A stretch of DNA of 63,350 nucleotides, filler included, from Collodictyon triciliatum (GCA_043381765.1; 8 parts of 8 records of this genome joined end to end with filler, not necessarily neighbours in it); one strand, 5' to 3'. Counted from the whole stretch's first letter, positions 19,163-33,968 are shown. Program-made: numbers and translations. The notes: a model not told the origin generated them from the sequence alone.

Positions 19163-22100
19163 TTAAAAAAAATTAAAAAACCCCCCAAAAAAAAAAAAAA
19201 AAAAAAAAAGGAACAAGAAAAAGAGAAGCCGAGTTTGCGGAGATGGACTTACAAATGCTTCGTTCATATCACTAGTATTTATTCCTGTAATCAAGTATTG
19301 GAATATACTGTTGTTGACATGAATAAATTTAGTTGTAAAACAAACTCAAACGTATTTTTTAAATGAGAATCGAAACATGAAACCAATTCAATTTAAATTT
19401 ACAATGACGGCTTTACATATACGGTGATTTTTTCACAAGTACACAAAGAGCGTAATTGTGTGTTCTATCATTTTCATCAAATATTTACAACATATTATAG
19501 AGTTATGGGCACACTTACCCACTGAAGAAAGACAAGGATGTCGCATTCGCTTCGGTGTTTTGAAGAGAATCAAGAGTCTCAGATATGAATTTCAACAAGA
19601 GCCCAGTGAAAACAGAGTGCTCTTCACTTCTGTCTGGAGATGGCAGCAAAAGGTCCTATACAATTAATTATTTCATCATCGATTACCAAAATACATTCAA
19701 AAAAGAAAAGGAAATTGATGAAACAACAATCCCAGTAGCGAGGAACCCCAACACATTTCTCTGTACATCGATTTCGAAATTCAATTTTGTGATATGAAAG
19801 TAATTAATTGATGAAAACCTGAAAAAGAGGAAGTTTTGACAAGTCTTCTGTCGATGCGATGTAGGTATTAGCAAGCACCACCCGCATATTTGTTTTCAGA
19901 AGAAGATTCATGATGTGGTTGACAGCGAACTGAGTAAAAAGAACACATTTTACTCAAATTACATCATCATTTTGGCTATGATACCTTACCAATATTTGTT
20001 GAGTATGTGATGCTCACTATCAGAAATTGTAAAAAAAACAAAAACAAAAACAAAAACAAAAACAAAAACAAAAACAAAAACAAAAACAAAAACAAAAACA
20101 AAAACAAAAACAAAAACAAAAACAAAAACAAAAACAAAAACAAAACAATAGTCTTAATGTCTTACTTTCACATGGGAAAACCGTGACCTGGCATTGATGC
20201 GGAGCACATAAACAAGACCAGATAGTGAGTCTTGTGCGACAATCTGGTGGTATAGGACAACGGGTTGATACGATTCAAATGATAATTCTTTTCTTGTTCG
20301 CCGTAGTATTGATAATAAATAGCTGGAAAAATGAAATAGAGATGGATCTGAATACCATAAACTTTGTCGGTAGAGTCATAAGTTGTGCAAGAATCATCGA
20401 TATGACTGTTGATATGGCAAGTGACCGATGCCCAAGTCCCATTTCGAAGTCTCCATAAATAGATGGCGTTGATTTCAAAGCAAGTAATATGCTTAAAATC
20501 ATTTCCTACAGTTAAGATTGTCAAGAATATATTCTAATTTTGGTTAAATATTTTGCTTCAAAAATTCCTTTTTTAAAACTCGAAAAGAAAAAAATATTTT
20601 TATGAATAAAATATCCATATATGTGACTTGTTTCGTGGCCATTAAAATTGCAAGAAAAAAAATTGAATTATAGAGGGAATTACATCGTATAAACTCGAAA
20701 AATATTTAATATCTGCCAGTTTTTCAGAAATAGCTCGAATGTAATAAGATTCCATAAACTTTCTTGCCATCGATACAAAATCCGTGGAAAAAATCTAAAT
20801 CGAGGTATTAAATATCGGGTTGTAAAAAGGTCATAAAATAAAGAACTCGTCGATTGAAAAGTCCTTTTGTTTGATATGTTAATCATAATCATACTTTTCC
20901 GAGCAAAATAATATGTTCCTGTTGGAATGGAAAAAGTATTTCTTGCATTCTCTCGAAAAAGAGAAGACATCGCGATAATGCATGGAGGTTGTCAATATCT
21001 ATGAAAATCATGTGTGAGAAAACTGAGAGTATCTTACGATACCATAATTGATTTTTTTTTTTTTTAGAATACTCTATGAATGAGACATTAAAGAAAGAGC
21101 GAAGCGATGACTTTTTAAGCTCCAAATTTACGTATTATTTACCAATCATAGATGTGATTTCCTTCAAGGTTTCTAAATTGACAAATGTTTTAAAGAATCT
21201 CCTGAGAAAGACAGATAGTTTCGAGTGGATGTGACTGCCGTATGACTCTTTAAAGAGAAGAATCATTTTGACAACAAAATTGGCATTCGTGTGCCGATTT
21301 GCTTTCAAAGATTCAACCAATATATGGAACACACTTTTTTGGGTGAAAGAGAAAGGGTAAAAGAAAAATAAAAGTATAAGTATAAGTATAAATATAAATA
21401 TAAATATAAATATAAATATAAATATAAATATAAATATAAATATAAATATAAATATAAATATAAATATAAATATAAATAAATGATTATATGTCGTATGGTT
21501 ATGTTGGATTTTTTTGAATGATTCATGGATGCAATGAGCCTAGAACCTTTGTCCTGCTGCATTGAAGGATTCATCAAGCAGGAGCTCAAATTGGTCTAGA
21601 TATAAATCAGACCCAAGCAATACATAGAAGTCGTTTTCGGTAATATTTTGCAGGGATTTCAAACTCATTAATACTCCATCATATTTGTTCCGCAGTTCCT
21701 ACATAATCGTTTTTACATTCAAGACAGAGGGATATTAGAGAAAAAAATTAATAATGATTTCTATATCTCATCCTCTTATACCTCAGGCGTTTTGTCTTTA
21801 GCACACCAACTAGATAATGAATTTCGTAGTCCGGTACGAGCGTTTGATTCGAGTTCATTCTTAATCGTGGTAATGACCTTGCATGGATACATCAGTATTT
21901 ATTTGCATTGAAATGTTATTGTAATGCATATGCACTTGACGAATTTGAAAAAATTCATATATATATATATATCAAACATACGGATGGTTCATCGAGTCTT
22001 CCCATCGGTAGCTGTTCTATATCATACCCAGGGATACAACATATAAAGTCCCCTATCTATATTGAATCGTTTTTTTTTTAAATGAGAACTCTTTTATTTT

Positions 22101-23960
22101 CCAAACGGTTCGTCAAGGTAAAGCAATTCAGTCGAGCTTTATTGATAACCTGGGATTCCGGCGTGTTTGTTAATTTCCTCCAGTCAAAACTGCCGCACAC
22201 CTGAAAATCGCGTATTTTTTTAATTTAAAGGCCTAAAACGAAACATAATTTATCGCCAAAATGTTCTAATAAGTTTGTATTCATCACACTTGGTTTTTTG
22301 GCATTCCAGGAACTTTCTCACTAAAAGAATTTCTGCGGTAGATAGTAACCCTATGCAAATATGTTTTAAATTAATCATTTATCTTTTGTGAGTGATGAAT
22401 TCATAATTCTCTCTTTAAAGATGGTATTTGAATGCAGTTGGATATGCATCATTTCCCTATCACCTTGGATTCACTATGTTCATCGCGTCCTATTCAAGTG
22501 ACTTATTTGAGTTTATAGAAGGGTGGTTTGTTTCCCTTGGTTTTCAAGTTTACATCCTCAAACAAATGTATTTTTTTTTAAATTAAATGGCTACGTACAG
22601 TTTTCTGAACACGCTCATGATGTTGTTTGAACATACATATGAGAGATTCTTGATTCTCTGTCGATAAGCTTTCAAATATCCCTCTATCTTTGGACATCTA
22701 ATTACAAACAATATTCTTTTTAAAGCAAGCAAGAAGGTTGAAATGAGCAGTAATTTTCTTAAAACAATGGCAAGTATTCGTAAATGTTCATATCCCATCG
22801 ACCTACCGAGTAATCCCAATTTTCGTCTCGGAATGTAACCTACGATTTGCACTAATTCATCAAAAGGTATAACCACCAAACATAATTCATCATAAATATA
22901 TTCTACGGAAGTTGAATGGATGTGCATACACATGGCCCAGATGATTTAATGTTGACAACAGATTTAGACTTGTATTTTCTGAAAGTCGGGGGATTGTAAG
23001 ATTCTCGCATGCCAAACTCTAATTGGCTGATAACGGTATTTTGTTAATACTATTTGTTCCATAATTGGCTGAAAAGATGCCGCAAGATACACTATATAAC
23101 TTGTACATTATACCAGTCACTTCATAATGTAACCAAAATTTCGTTCTTGACTCACGATATAATTACTGATGCAAGTGGCATTTTTTTCTGTGAGCCAGTT
23201 TGCAAAACTCTTGCATTTGCATCGCTTGATTTCCCATCCATTCGATAGTCATCCTAGTGTGATTTATAGTTAATAAAATTTTGTAATTTAATAAAGATAT
23301 TCAGTCTATAGTTTCACGAACATATATTTTGCAACTTTGATACTTATATCTTTTGACTATAATACTGTTTTTTTCTAACACTCACTTTAGATAATGGTAA
23401 ATTAAGCATATCTGCGAACTCGATAGGATGTGGAGGCAGTTTCTGATTGAGAGATATAACTTTTTTTTCAAAAATTGTCAGTAATTAGCAATTGCATGTA
23501 ATGCTCAATTTACCTTGATACTTTTGCACATTGCTGCCCACGTGCAGAGCGCATCTTCATAATCTACAGCACGAATGAATTGACAAGTTTTTGTAAAATA
23601 CAGCTTATCTTGAAGTGAATTATTCATTTTGATTCAGATGGATGTCTAATACCTCTCAAAAACTATCTCATAAGATTATTTTAATAAAAGCACCTTCAAA
23701 CTTGTCGTACCAATATGGGTCTGGCTCTATCGGAATCAGCTGTGCGTGCCATGGGTCACTATTCGGTATTTTTGGGAATATTAAGTGTTTTATTTTGTAA
23801 AAAAAAAGAACATATAGTATTAACAAAATCCTATATAAATTCAAAGAAATAGCCCAGTATATAAAATCCAAATCTAAATACGCATTCTTTATCCTTCCAC
23901 TCTGCCTGCCTAATCCGCCGAGCCTTGAGGCACTCAAAGTACCTGAAGATGGCTCATACT
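17330..23960 (-). CDS. Large multi-exon gene of unknown function (boundaries approximate)
   Basis: Repeated minus-strand splice donors (plus-strand CTTAC/CTCAC, e.g. near 19250, 19515, 19985, 23150) flank open helical-looking peptides such as DKLYFTKTCQFIRAVDYEDALCTWAAMCKSIK and FHILVESLKANRHTNANFVVKMILLFKES. No family recognised. Confidence 0.45.
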
Positions 23961-25817
23961 GATACAAAATAAAACGATTAACATAAAAGCAAAAAGCAAA
24001 AAGCAAAAAGCAAAAAGCAAAAAGCAAAAAGCAAAAAATAAAAAATAAAAAATAAGAAATCAAAAATAAGAAATCAAAAATAAGAAATCAAAAATAAGAA
24101 ATCAAAAATAAGAAATCAAAAATAAGAAATCAAAAATAAGAAATCANNNNNNNNNNNNNNNNNNNNNNNNNNNNNNNNNNNNNNNNNNNNTTAATTAATT
24201 AANNNNNNNNNNNNNNNNNNNNNNNNNNNNNNNNNNNNNNNNNNNNTTTTGTTTTTTTGTTTTTTTGTTTTTTTGTTTTTTTGTTTTTTTGTTTTTTTGT
24301 TTTTTTGTTTTTTTGTTTTTTTGTTTTTTTGTTTTTTTGTTTTTTCGAGCGTTACATGTCTCGTCACCTGACTAACAAGATGGATATGTGTTTTGGGTTA
24401 GCCTCTTCGGTAACGAAGGACTTCATACTTCGACATCGCTGAAGTCAAACAAGCGATATTTGACATATGTTAAATACATGTGTGTGTTTTTTTTTTATGA
24501 AATCATTTACGAGTAACATGTGTATTTACAACAAAGTGCAAATAACCCAAACATTTATATGCGATTTTAGAATTTGCGTCGCTTGATGAGGGCCAGTATA
24601 TTAAGGTTTTTTTTATTCTCCAGCACAATCCTCCGTCCTCCATCCTCCATAGTCAATATTGATACACTTTTGATTGATAATTCATTATTATTATTTTTTT
24701 TAAAAAAAAGTCCCAAAAAAAGCTTGGTCAAAAATAACGAAGCGAGCGAACGAAAACACGCAGCCTTTCCGCCTGGGAATACAAGTATTTCAATAGTTTA
24801 TTTCTTCCATACGATTTCCCGCTCACCTTGGTCGTATTTATGTATTTTGATCGTGCATTCTTGTATCCCCATAATTCGTCAATCACTCAAAATTATAGAG
24901 CAGATTGAAATAATTCTAGCGATTTTAACCCCAAATAAAATCGTTTGAAATATTTGAATAATGTTTCTGACTGAACTTTTTTACGCTGAAACTCCAGAAT
25001 ACTACCTTCCAAGTATCTCTCCTTGCACAGAGAAACCTCAGCATCATAGAAAAACGTAGATTGCATTCATTTTTTTATTTTTATCAACTTGTCCGATATG
25101 TGATGAAATACCATTAAAATACTTTCTATTTAAATAACAGAAGGGGAGCTCAACTCTTTGATAATTTGGAAGTGAGTTCCTTCTCTCTTTTTTATAGAAA
25201 AAACAAGTAGATGAGTTAATAACATTATCCGTATTATTTTTCTAAACTAAATTATTCCCACTTTATTTTATCCCAGCGCACCCAAGCTTACGGTAGTGTA
25301 TTTTTTTAATGTAATTTTGAACCTTCCAAATCGATGACTCATGTATGAATCACAATATCAGGAACTTCTGGAGGAAAAATACCAGAGATGAAACCAGTGA
25401 GCTTAATTATCCTAAACTTATCCGCATGTATCCTACCCTTAAATTTTACCTATCGATCGTATTCTCTGTTTAACCTGTGTTATAATCTAAATAGGACTAT
25501 ACACCTTATATCTGTGCTGAAATGCAAATGATAGAGAGGTTCTCATTATAGATATATTCATTTTTAAAAGAATGATGTAAACCACCATGCGTCGCTATTT
25601 AATAAGCTAATTCTTTTTGATATCTCTTTTAGCGACGTTTCCATTAAACCCAGAGAGTTGGATAATAATAAGACTTGCAAAGTTGTACCTGAGAAGAGAG
25701 TACCAAAAGGATACTTTTGCAAGTATTATCAATATCAGATAATTAATATTAAAAAAAAAAGAAGGAACTGCCATCATTTCTTCACACCAGACGTTAATTG
25801 CCCCTAAACTTTATTTT

Positions 25818-28800
25818 ATGAAAAAAAATCACGCCAAAAAATGAAGAACAACTGGTCTGGACAAGTCAATTTGCCTCAGAAATCTCTCTGCGAAAGTGGT
25901 CATCTTGTTTACATGTCTTCTAGTTGCCTGTACGCATGGAAGGTCGTATATAATTTCGTAATAAATCGTTTTAATTTTTGAGTGTTGACCTTTTTTATAC
26001 GAATTTCAGAAAAGAGCGCTCCAGTGCGTGCGAGTACAGCCGAGAGGACCTTCTATCCATGAAAATTGAAGAATCTATGTATCTACTTCTCGATCTTCAT
26101 AGCGATATATGCCCTCATCGGCCATCAGAAGGATTCGGAATTGACCAATACGAAAGCGCTCTTCTCCATCAAAATACACGACAATTTTATGACTCTGAAA
26201 TTTTATTACTAAACAACAGTCCATCCGAAAATAACCAAATACATAACCACGGAAGCCATCGATTTGTGAACGAACATCTCCTAGGAGAACTGCATGGGCA
26301 TCAAAGCAAGATGTCTCATGATTCTACAAGGAATGATTCTAACGAGCTCTGTTCATCAGAAGTGTTAGAGCGAAAACTTCTTAATCAGCTCTACAGTACC
26401 CTAAATGGAGATAATTGGAGCAATAAATCTGGCTGGACAAATACTTCTGTTCCAATATGTGAGTGGTTTGGGATAGAGTGTTACCCCCAATGCAGCGTCG
26501 AAATGGTTAAAGTGAGCACCGTATTTTAGAAATATGTTTTTTTTAATCCATTCACATATAAAAATATAATTCAGTAAAATCGCTATTACGCATGTAGAAC
26601 GACCTTTGCTCTGTGATAGGTATTCTTCTGCCAGGGAATAATCTTGATGGCAACATTACTATTGTGGGCGAAATATTGGAGCAGTTCTCTTATATCCAGA
26701 GGATTAACTTGAGTTTGAACTCAATTTTTGGGGATATACCTAACCTGAATCTGACTACGGTGACATATTTGAACCTAGTCAATAACCAGATAACGGGAAC
26801 TTTACCTGATTTTAGCGGAATGAAGTACATTAAATCATTGTGGGTAGATAAAAATCTGAATGAAGGAACTATTCCAAATTTTTCAAATATACAAATGGTT
26901 CAAAGTTTAAGAATAGGGGATAGCAAGAACATTTATGGTATGTGATGAGAGGTTAAGTGCATCGAAAAAAAACATACCATGAAGAAAAATAATCGAACTT
27001 GTAATATCTGCTTCAAAATAGGTTCCGTTCCTAACTTCAACAACATTAGTAGCGTCTCATTACTTGGAATTTATGGGTGTCAGTTGGAGGGTTTGTTCGT
27101 CAATTTACCTTGCTTCATACCTATTTTAAAACAAAAAGTGTATCCAATTTCTTCGTGTCATAGGAACCATACCAGAGTTCGATGATATCCCTATTCTCGA
27201 AAGCCTCTATTTGTATGACAACATCCTGTCAGGTTCTGATATTTTGACTTTATTCAAACATATCCATAATTTTATTTTACAGCTTAGTGGTTGTGAGTCC
27301 TGTCAACTCTGCGTATATTTATCCATAGATAGTACCGCATGCACTTAAATTAATTTATGTTTGTATTCTTAAGGAACTGTGCCAAACTTCAAGTTGCATC
27401 CTCGGCTGAGTGTTTTATCTATTTTTGGAAATAGACTAACAGGTTTGGTGCCGGTACAGACAAATGCATATTCGTTTGTAATTCTTTGTGCACTCACAAA
27501 CATTTTTCAACAGGCACAGTTCCAAACTTCGACTCGATTCCAAACTTATCTTTAATATCAGCCTCCAGCAACTACATTGATGGTATACATTTGTTGGTCA
27601 TTGTTTCCTCTGTTTTCAAGTGCTTAAAGTAATCATATATTAGGGACAATACCTGATTTCAGCTACGTTCCACAAATAAGTTTTATCGGCCTACCAGATA
27701 ACCTTTTAACTGGTTTGTTCTACTTGGATATCAGATCTAAAGTACCTTTCCTTTTCTTAATACTGACTAAATGCTACGAATATTATATAAAATGGTGTAG
27801 TTATGACTAAAGTGTAAATAATTAACCACCTTATACCCAAGGAACCATTCCAAAGTTCAGCTCTATTCCTTTCGTTGAGACCCTCTTCCTATATAGCAAT
27901 TTTCTCAATGGTAAATTCTGGATAATATGAAGAATTTAAATATGCTTGTAAACACACATCGAAGCACAATCATATATAATGATGTTTAAATTAATGATTA
28001 GGCACAGTACCAGAATTCACAAATATGCCAAACATCTTTCTCATAGACATATCTGTCAACATGTTGGAAGGTAAAAAAAAAAAAAAAGACACTGCATTAT
28101 AAGATAAAATAATGCGCATATACTTATCATTCTATGATATCCGTATTCTACAGGAATAATACCGGATTTTGTGAACATCAGTTCAATCGTACAAATCAAC
28201 TTGTCGGATAATCTTATCAATGGTGCGCCTCATTGCCTTTCGAGGAAAATCATTTATGAAAAAAAAAAACGACAGAGAATAGCACTATTAACTTATTGAG
28301 CCTTTTCAATAAATTAGGAACAATCCCGACTTTATCTCAGCTAGTGTATTTAAAGGAGATTTACGTAAATGAAAATAACATTACGGGGACAATACCGTCA
28401 TTTACCGACTCTCCATCACTAGAGGTTATATCTTTGTTCAGAAACAACTTGTCTGGAGGCTTGCCCAACTTAATGTTTCAATCTCTTAAAAGGATTGACT
28501 TCAGTGAAAATGTCATATCAGGTTCCATTCCTCATTTATGGAGCGTTCCTTCCATTCAATATATTGACCTTTCCATGAATAATCTGCGTGGGACTGTCCC
28601 AAGCTTTTTCCAAAATTTGCATGAATTGAAGTCACTCTCATTGGCTTGGAACTGTTTGAGTGGGAGAATGCCCTATAATTTTTGGGGGTTGGCCAACTTA
28701 GTTTCGATTGACTTGAGTCACAATATGTTCTCGGGTGATGTTGGAGTGTTCATTGTACCCAATGTAAATATCTATACGTACTATTACGAAATATTGCTTC

Positions 28801-31263
28801 TAGATTACAATCGTCTTAGTGGAGAAATTAATTGGAGACTCTTCAACTTTCTAACAAATCTAAGAATCCTAAGTTTGAAGGCCAATCAGTTATCAAAACT
28901 CGACGATGTCACCAAATTAATGAAATTCACTTTCATTCACCTTTCCAAGAATCCTCTGATTGGCAGTATTCCTTTCTCTTACAACAATTTTCCAAAGCTT
29001 CAGTATCTAGGAATCAGAAATACATCACTCAATCACGGAAGCGATACCTTGTTACCAAGCTACATGAACTTCATGCCGCCATACAATTTGCAAGAAAAAA
29101 ATGAGCTCTTTGTTTGTCCCTCAATATTTTCGAGAGTCGGTATTGTTGAAACAGAGGTAGATATTGACCCATCGTATTACGATTACGAATTCTGTCAATG
29201 CCTTCCAGGATTTTTCGGGCTCGGAAAAAAGTGCGTGGCGTGCCCAAAAGAATGTGAATGTAAGGACGGAGTGTCACTGAAGTATTGCCACCCCTCACCA
29301 AATATCACTCATATACGTGATGTTCATGTTTGCCCTCGACCAGAATCGTGCCATATAATCCTCCCAATTAAATATTCTAACGTCTCGAAATCGTCGCAAG
29401 TGACCAACTTATGCGAAGAAGGTTACGAAGGCCATAGCTGCTCAAAGTGCAAAGACGGATATGGCGCTCAAGGGAGAGCATGTGTGAAATGCCAAAACGA
29501 TGAGACAGTAACTACTTATGCAATTGGCTCAGTTGCTTTCGCTCTCTTTCTTATGTACCTCTACTTATTTGAGAGGTCATCGACTGGTAAGCGTCTTAGT
29601 TTAAATGGGCGTGATGTCATTTTTTTTATATTCTGAGTGTGATGAATTCGCTCTATTCGAAATATTAAACTCAATTGATTTATAGCCAAGCTGCGGATAA
29701 TCCTCTTTCATATGCAAACGTTGTCAGTGATATCTCCTGTGTTGGTTCAATCAGACAGCGCCAGATTTTTCATCGAAGTCTCTTTCTCCATCGGCTCAAT
29801 TCAGTTCCCAAATAACTCATGTCTTCTAGGTTCGACAGGTGCCTTTGAACTCCTAGTGCTCAGTTACATCAGGATACCCATATTTACCCTCATCGGGTTT
29901 GCAACATATAGGCTGGCATCTGGAAATCTACAGAACAAGGTACCATAAACCGAGTAACTAATTGTGTGGCTATATTAGATTTATAAACAGGTCACTATCT
30001 ACACCACTAGGCAGTTTTCATCACCTTCAACCTTTTGTTTTTTATTTACTACTCGATTGCCAAAGAAGTCTTTGGTGTATTTGGATGCACTGTGCACGAG
30101 GGACTTGAAGTCTGGTACTTAAACTACGCACCTTGGATTGAGTGCAGTCCAGCATCAGATGAGTACTTAAAAATGATTGCAATATCGATTCCTGTTTTTT
30201 TCTTGTTTTTGTTGGGGTATCCGCTGTTGGTGTGGAGTAAAGTCCGGGAAATGAATGAAGATTCGCCGTATGATAGCAAGGCGCGTTACGGATTTTTGTT
30301 CCTGCCTTATAAGCGGGTATGTATGCGATGTCTTTTTTCTTTTACTTTTTACTTTTTTACTTTTTACTTTTTTCCTTTTCACTTTTTTCTTTTCTCATTT
30401 CTTTATCTTTTCTTTATCTTTTTCTTTATCTTTTCTTTATCTTTTTTCTTTATCTTTTTTCTTTATCTTTTTTCTTTATCTTTTCTTTATCTTTTCTTTA
30501 TCTTTTCTTTATCTTTTCTTTATCTTTTCCTTTTCACTTTTTCCCTTTATTTTTTCTTTATCTTTTCTTTATCTTTTCTTTATCTTTTTTCTTTATCTTT
30601 TTTCTTGATCTTTTCTTTATCTATTCTTTATCTTTTTTCTTGATCTTTTCTTTATCTATTCTTTATCTTTTTTCTTCACCTCCTTATTTTGAATCAACTT
30701 TGCGCTTATCTCGGCAGAGCTACAAATTCTGGGAGTTTATCGTGATTATGCGACGTTTGGCATTCTCTTTTGCTACGAGCCTTCTCCCATACACACAGCC
30801 GCATATGTTTTTCCTTTTCTTAGTGGTCATCATACAGGTGATTATTTCTATATCTAGCTCTGTGATTTTTGTATTATTTATGTTTAGTATTTTCATATAA
30901 TTGTTGTATTTCAGCTAGAACCGCGCCATATTACCAGAAATCTAACCCCACTTCGTTTGCTCTCGATGCCAGACTTCTATTTTGCTGCAGTCCCAACACA
31001 AACCATACCAAGCTAAACTAGAGAATCAGATGGAACATTCCAGTCTGATTCTCATCACAATATCGTATCTTCTTGCCCTCTTGTCTACTTTCCTTGGGTC
31101 GCAACTCTGGCTGTCCTGGTTCTTTATCCTTCTGAACACTGGTTGGTTGGTATGGGCGGTGGGCAAGGCATTCGTCATCCCATTCACAAAGAGAGAAAGG
31201 AGTATCAAGTCCACCCTCATCGCCATGAAGCGATACAAAAGACATGAACCCTTATTGAGTTAA
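25818..31263 (+). CDS. LRR receptor-like multi-TM protein, paralogue of 8086-12447; start codon uncertain
   Basis: Same architecture: CEYSREDLLSMK, LYSTLNGDNW..ICEWFGIEC, eight 69-nt LRR exons (27022-28222), Cys-rich region, then KLRIILFHMQTLS, WYLNYAPWIEC, YGFLFLPYK, FWEFIVIMRR and KPYQAKLENQME (TRP/PKD-like C-terminal TM motifs). Stop at 31261-31263. Confidence 0.85.
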
Positions 31264-32321
31264 AACACACGCCGGTGTTTGCCAAAACCAAGGACAACCT
31301 GAACAGCCCACTGGCAGGCAAATATCTTTATACCCAAATCTTCTAATCTTGATATGAGAAAAAAATAGAATAAATAAACTGGCTGCTTTTACAAATACTG
31401 TATTTGGAAGAAATATTTGATACACAGAATGATTGAGTATTACCAGAATCACTTTACATTAAACTTTCTTCTTTTAATATGATTATTAAAGAATTGCTTA
31501 GGATTATATGTTCCGTTAAACCAAATGTTAAATGTGAAGCAAGCTGCATCATTATCATTAAAAAAAAAAAAAAAAGGCAATATACAATCTTTCTTTCTGC
31601 CGTACTTTTTTTTCATATTTCGAAGCCAAATAGCGACCAATGCCACTGATGTCCAAATAATTGATTCCGCTGTTTTCGGATTTTTTTTTTAACATCAAGA
31701 GAGACTGAATTCAATCGAGGTATGCACAAGGAAGTTATATTGCGTTCAGGGTCTCAGTTTTTCTTCATTTTATCATGTTAAGGAGGAAGAATCGAATGGG
31801 TTTCAACTTCAACCATTTGCTGTCCTAGAGAGCACGTAGAATGTCCTCATATTCCCCTTTCCTAGACAAGAAACATACATATATTGAGTGTGAAGATGAA
31901 CTGAAAAAGGATAAGACACTGGTCATCATTATGTATTTTTCCTTTCCAAACAAGCTAGAATTACGAGGACAAGGTCTTTTTACATGAAACATGTACCTTT
32001 TACTTTGATAACTCCTCTGTCCCTCAACTCAAACGTGCCCATTAGTTTTAAAGCCACAGTCTCTGTCACCTGTAGATGCCCAATTTCTGAGTGGCTACAC
32101 ATGCGAGAGGCTATATTGACCCTAGAGCCATATCAGTTAGTCTTTCGTCACCCTTGAAAAAGTCCTGTTTATCAACAATAGCAATAGTGCCACAAAAAAA
32201 AAAAAAAAAAAAGGAAAAAGGNNNNNNNNNNNNNNNNNNNNNNNNNNNNNNNNNNNNNNNNNNNNTTAATTAATTAANNNNNNNNNNNNNNNNNNNNNNN
32301 NNNNNNNNNNNNNNNNNNNNN

Positions 32322-32425
<104 letters not shown>

Positions 32426-32935
32426 GGCATTACGACAGAACTTTATTAGTCTAATGTTTAAAAATACAACAGGCAACAATTTTTTTTGATAAACTATTAA
32501 TCTTATAAGCGAAAAACAGAAAATATCATTCTACATGAAACAGCCTAAATACTTTCGTGATATTCAACAAGAACATAAAATGTGCCAGAGTAAAATATTT
32601 TGAATTAAGTTAAACCCTAGCGCAAAAAACATAAAATATTTAATGATATCATCCAAGAGCAACAAGAAGAAAATATTTTATTTCAGTAGATTAAAGTGTA
32701 TTGATTTTTTATAATACAAATACGCGCTATACTCAAAGCAGTTCCCTAGTCGAATGAAAGTCTAAGTCTAGTCAATAGGTTAAATAATAGTATCCATTAG
32801 GCTCTGTGAAGTCCTTACACAGATTATTTTTTAAGTAATTACTCGTGCTTTGTTACCGAATTGTTCTAATAAAAAAGAAGTATGATACAATATGATTATG
32901 CAATTGTGCGTTATAGTGGACATGGGAATACTCAC

Positions 32936-33968
32936 CTTCTTTGTTTGTGGAATCTGCTGAAATGCTCTTCGTGGTATCTTCCCTTAACGATTAAATAAGA
33001 GCGGGAAAGTAATAAGAAAATTAAAAAAAAAAAAGGAAGCAGAGTCCTATTTCCTGAAATATCTACCTAACCCCGAAATACATGAACCAAAACCTATGCA
33101 CGGGAGACCTTGTTATGAGTCTAATTGTGCACAGTGATACTGAAATCGTGCGAAATCGTGCCTGTGAGCAAGTTCTGTGTTCCTGCTGTGATTTAAATGT
33201 TGCAGAGGATTGAGTTGGTCTGAGGCTTTGGGGTCGACTTCACATGCACGCGGATGTTTTGCATCATGCCCAGCAATAACTCTTGAGCATCTGCGTATTC
33301 GGGTTGGCATTACATAACAGGAAACCCATTATCAGATGGTGCCCAAACACAATATCATGTAGAAACTCTCACATAATCGAAGCATTACTAATTTTTCATA
33401 GTAAAATTCAGCATGTTTCACGCGAAAAAGTCGATTGAACCCGACACCCAAACAGAACAGAACAAAAACCATTAATTAGTATATTTTCCAGAAATAAATG
33501 CCGTTTTATCATAACATTGCGCAACTATTCTTTGAATTGTGCCTCATTTGCGCAGGAAAAGAAGAGGCGGTTAAGCGGCCGCTAATATTTGCTAAGCGTT
33601 GAGGTATCGGTGTCGCGTCCACATCTGATCGCTCACAAACACCAGCGACCACGAGATCAATAGGGGCGATCAAAGTCTGCACAACTCAGGGTTATGTGAT
33701 GGAATGTGCTGTGTAAAAAGAAGGAACAGCTTCACCTCTGCTGTCGACAAGAGAGCGATCGTTAATGGCACATGTCAAAACCCCGATCACGCCCCGCGGT
33801 TGAACCTCATCGTCCTTGGAAACAAACAGAGGCCCTCATAACCCACACAGAATCGGCTTCGACAGCAGACATTAATGGCAGAGTGGCTTGAGAAGCTTCC
33901 CAGGCCGAGTGGCCTCGTGTTGGCTGCTCTTCATGGTGTCTGAGCTGTATGAACCCTTTGATAAGCAT
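32936..33968 (-). pseudogene. Probable decayed PH-domain gene divergent from PP2A-A
   Basis: Fragments in PH order across different frames: MLIKGFIQL / RFCVGYEG / LFVSKDDEVQPRGVIGVLTCAIN / RPY..DLVV / RLFFSCANEAQFKE*LRNVM. TAG at 33525-33527 replaces the conserved helix Trp, and at least two frameshifts are needed. Confidence 0.5.

Noticed and set aside
33525-33527. In-frame stops in a few genes suggesting a variant genetic code
   Set aside because: The conserved-gene exons I translated (PP2A-A, AP-3 mu, NPRL3, MRS2) read cleanly with the standard code, and these genes end in TAA, TAG or TGA.
33421-33862. RNase P-like words (AAAGTCGATT ... ACAGAATCGGCTT; CCTCATAACCCA)
   Set aside because: The P4 pairing lacks the bulged-U register and there is no convincing P1 helix; the PH pseudogene explains the region better.
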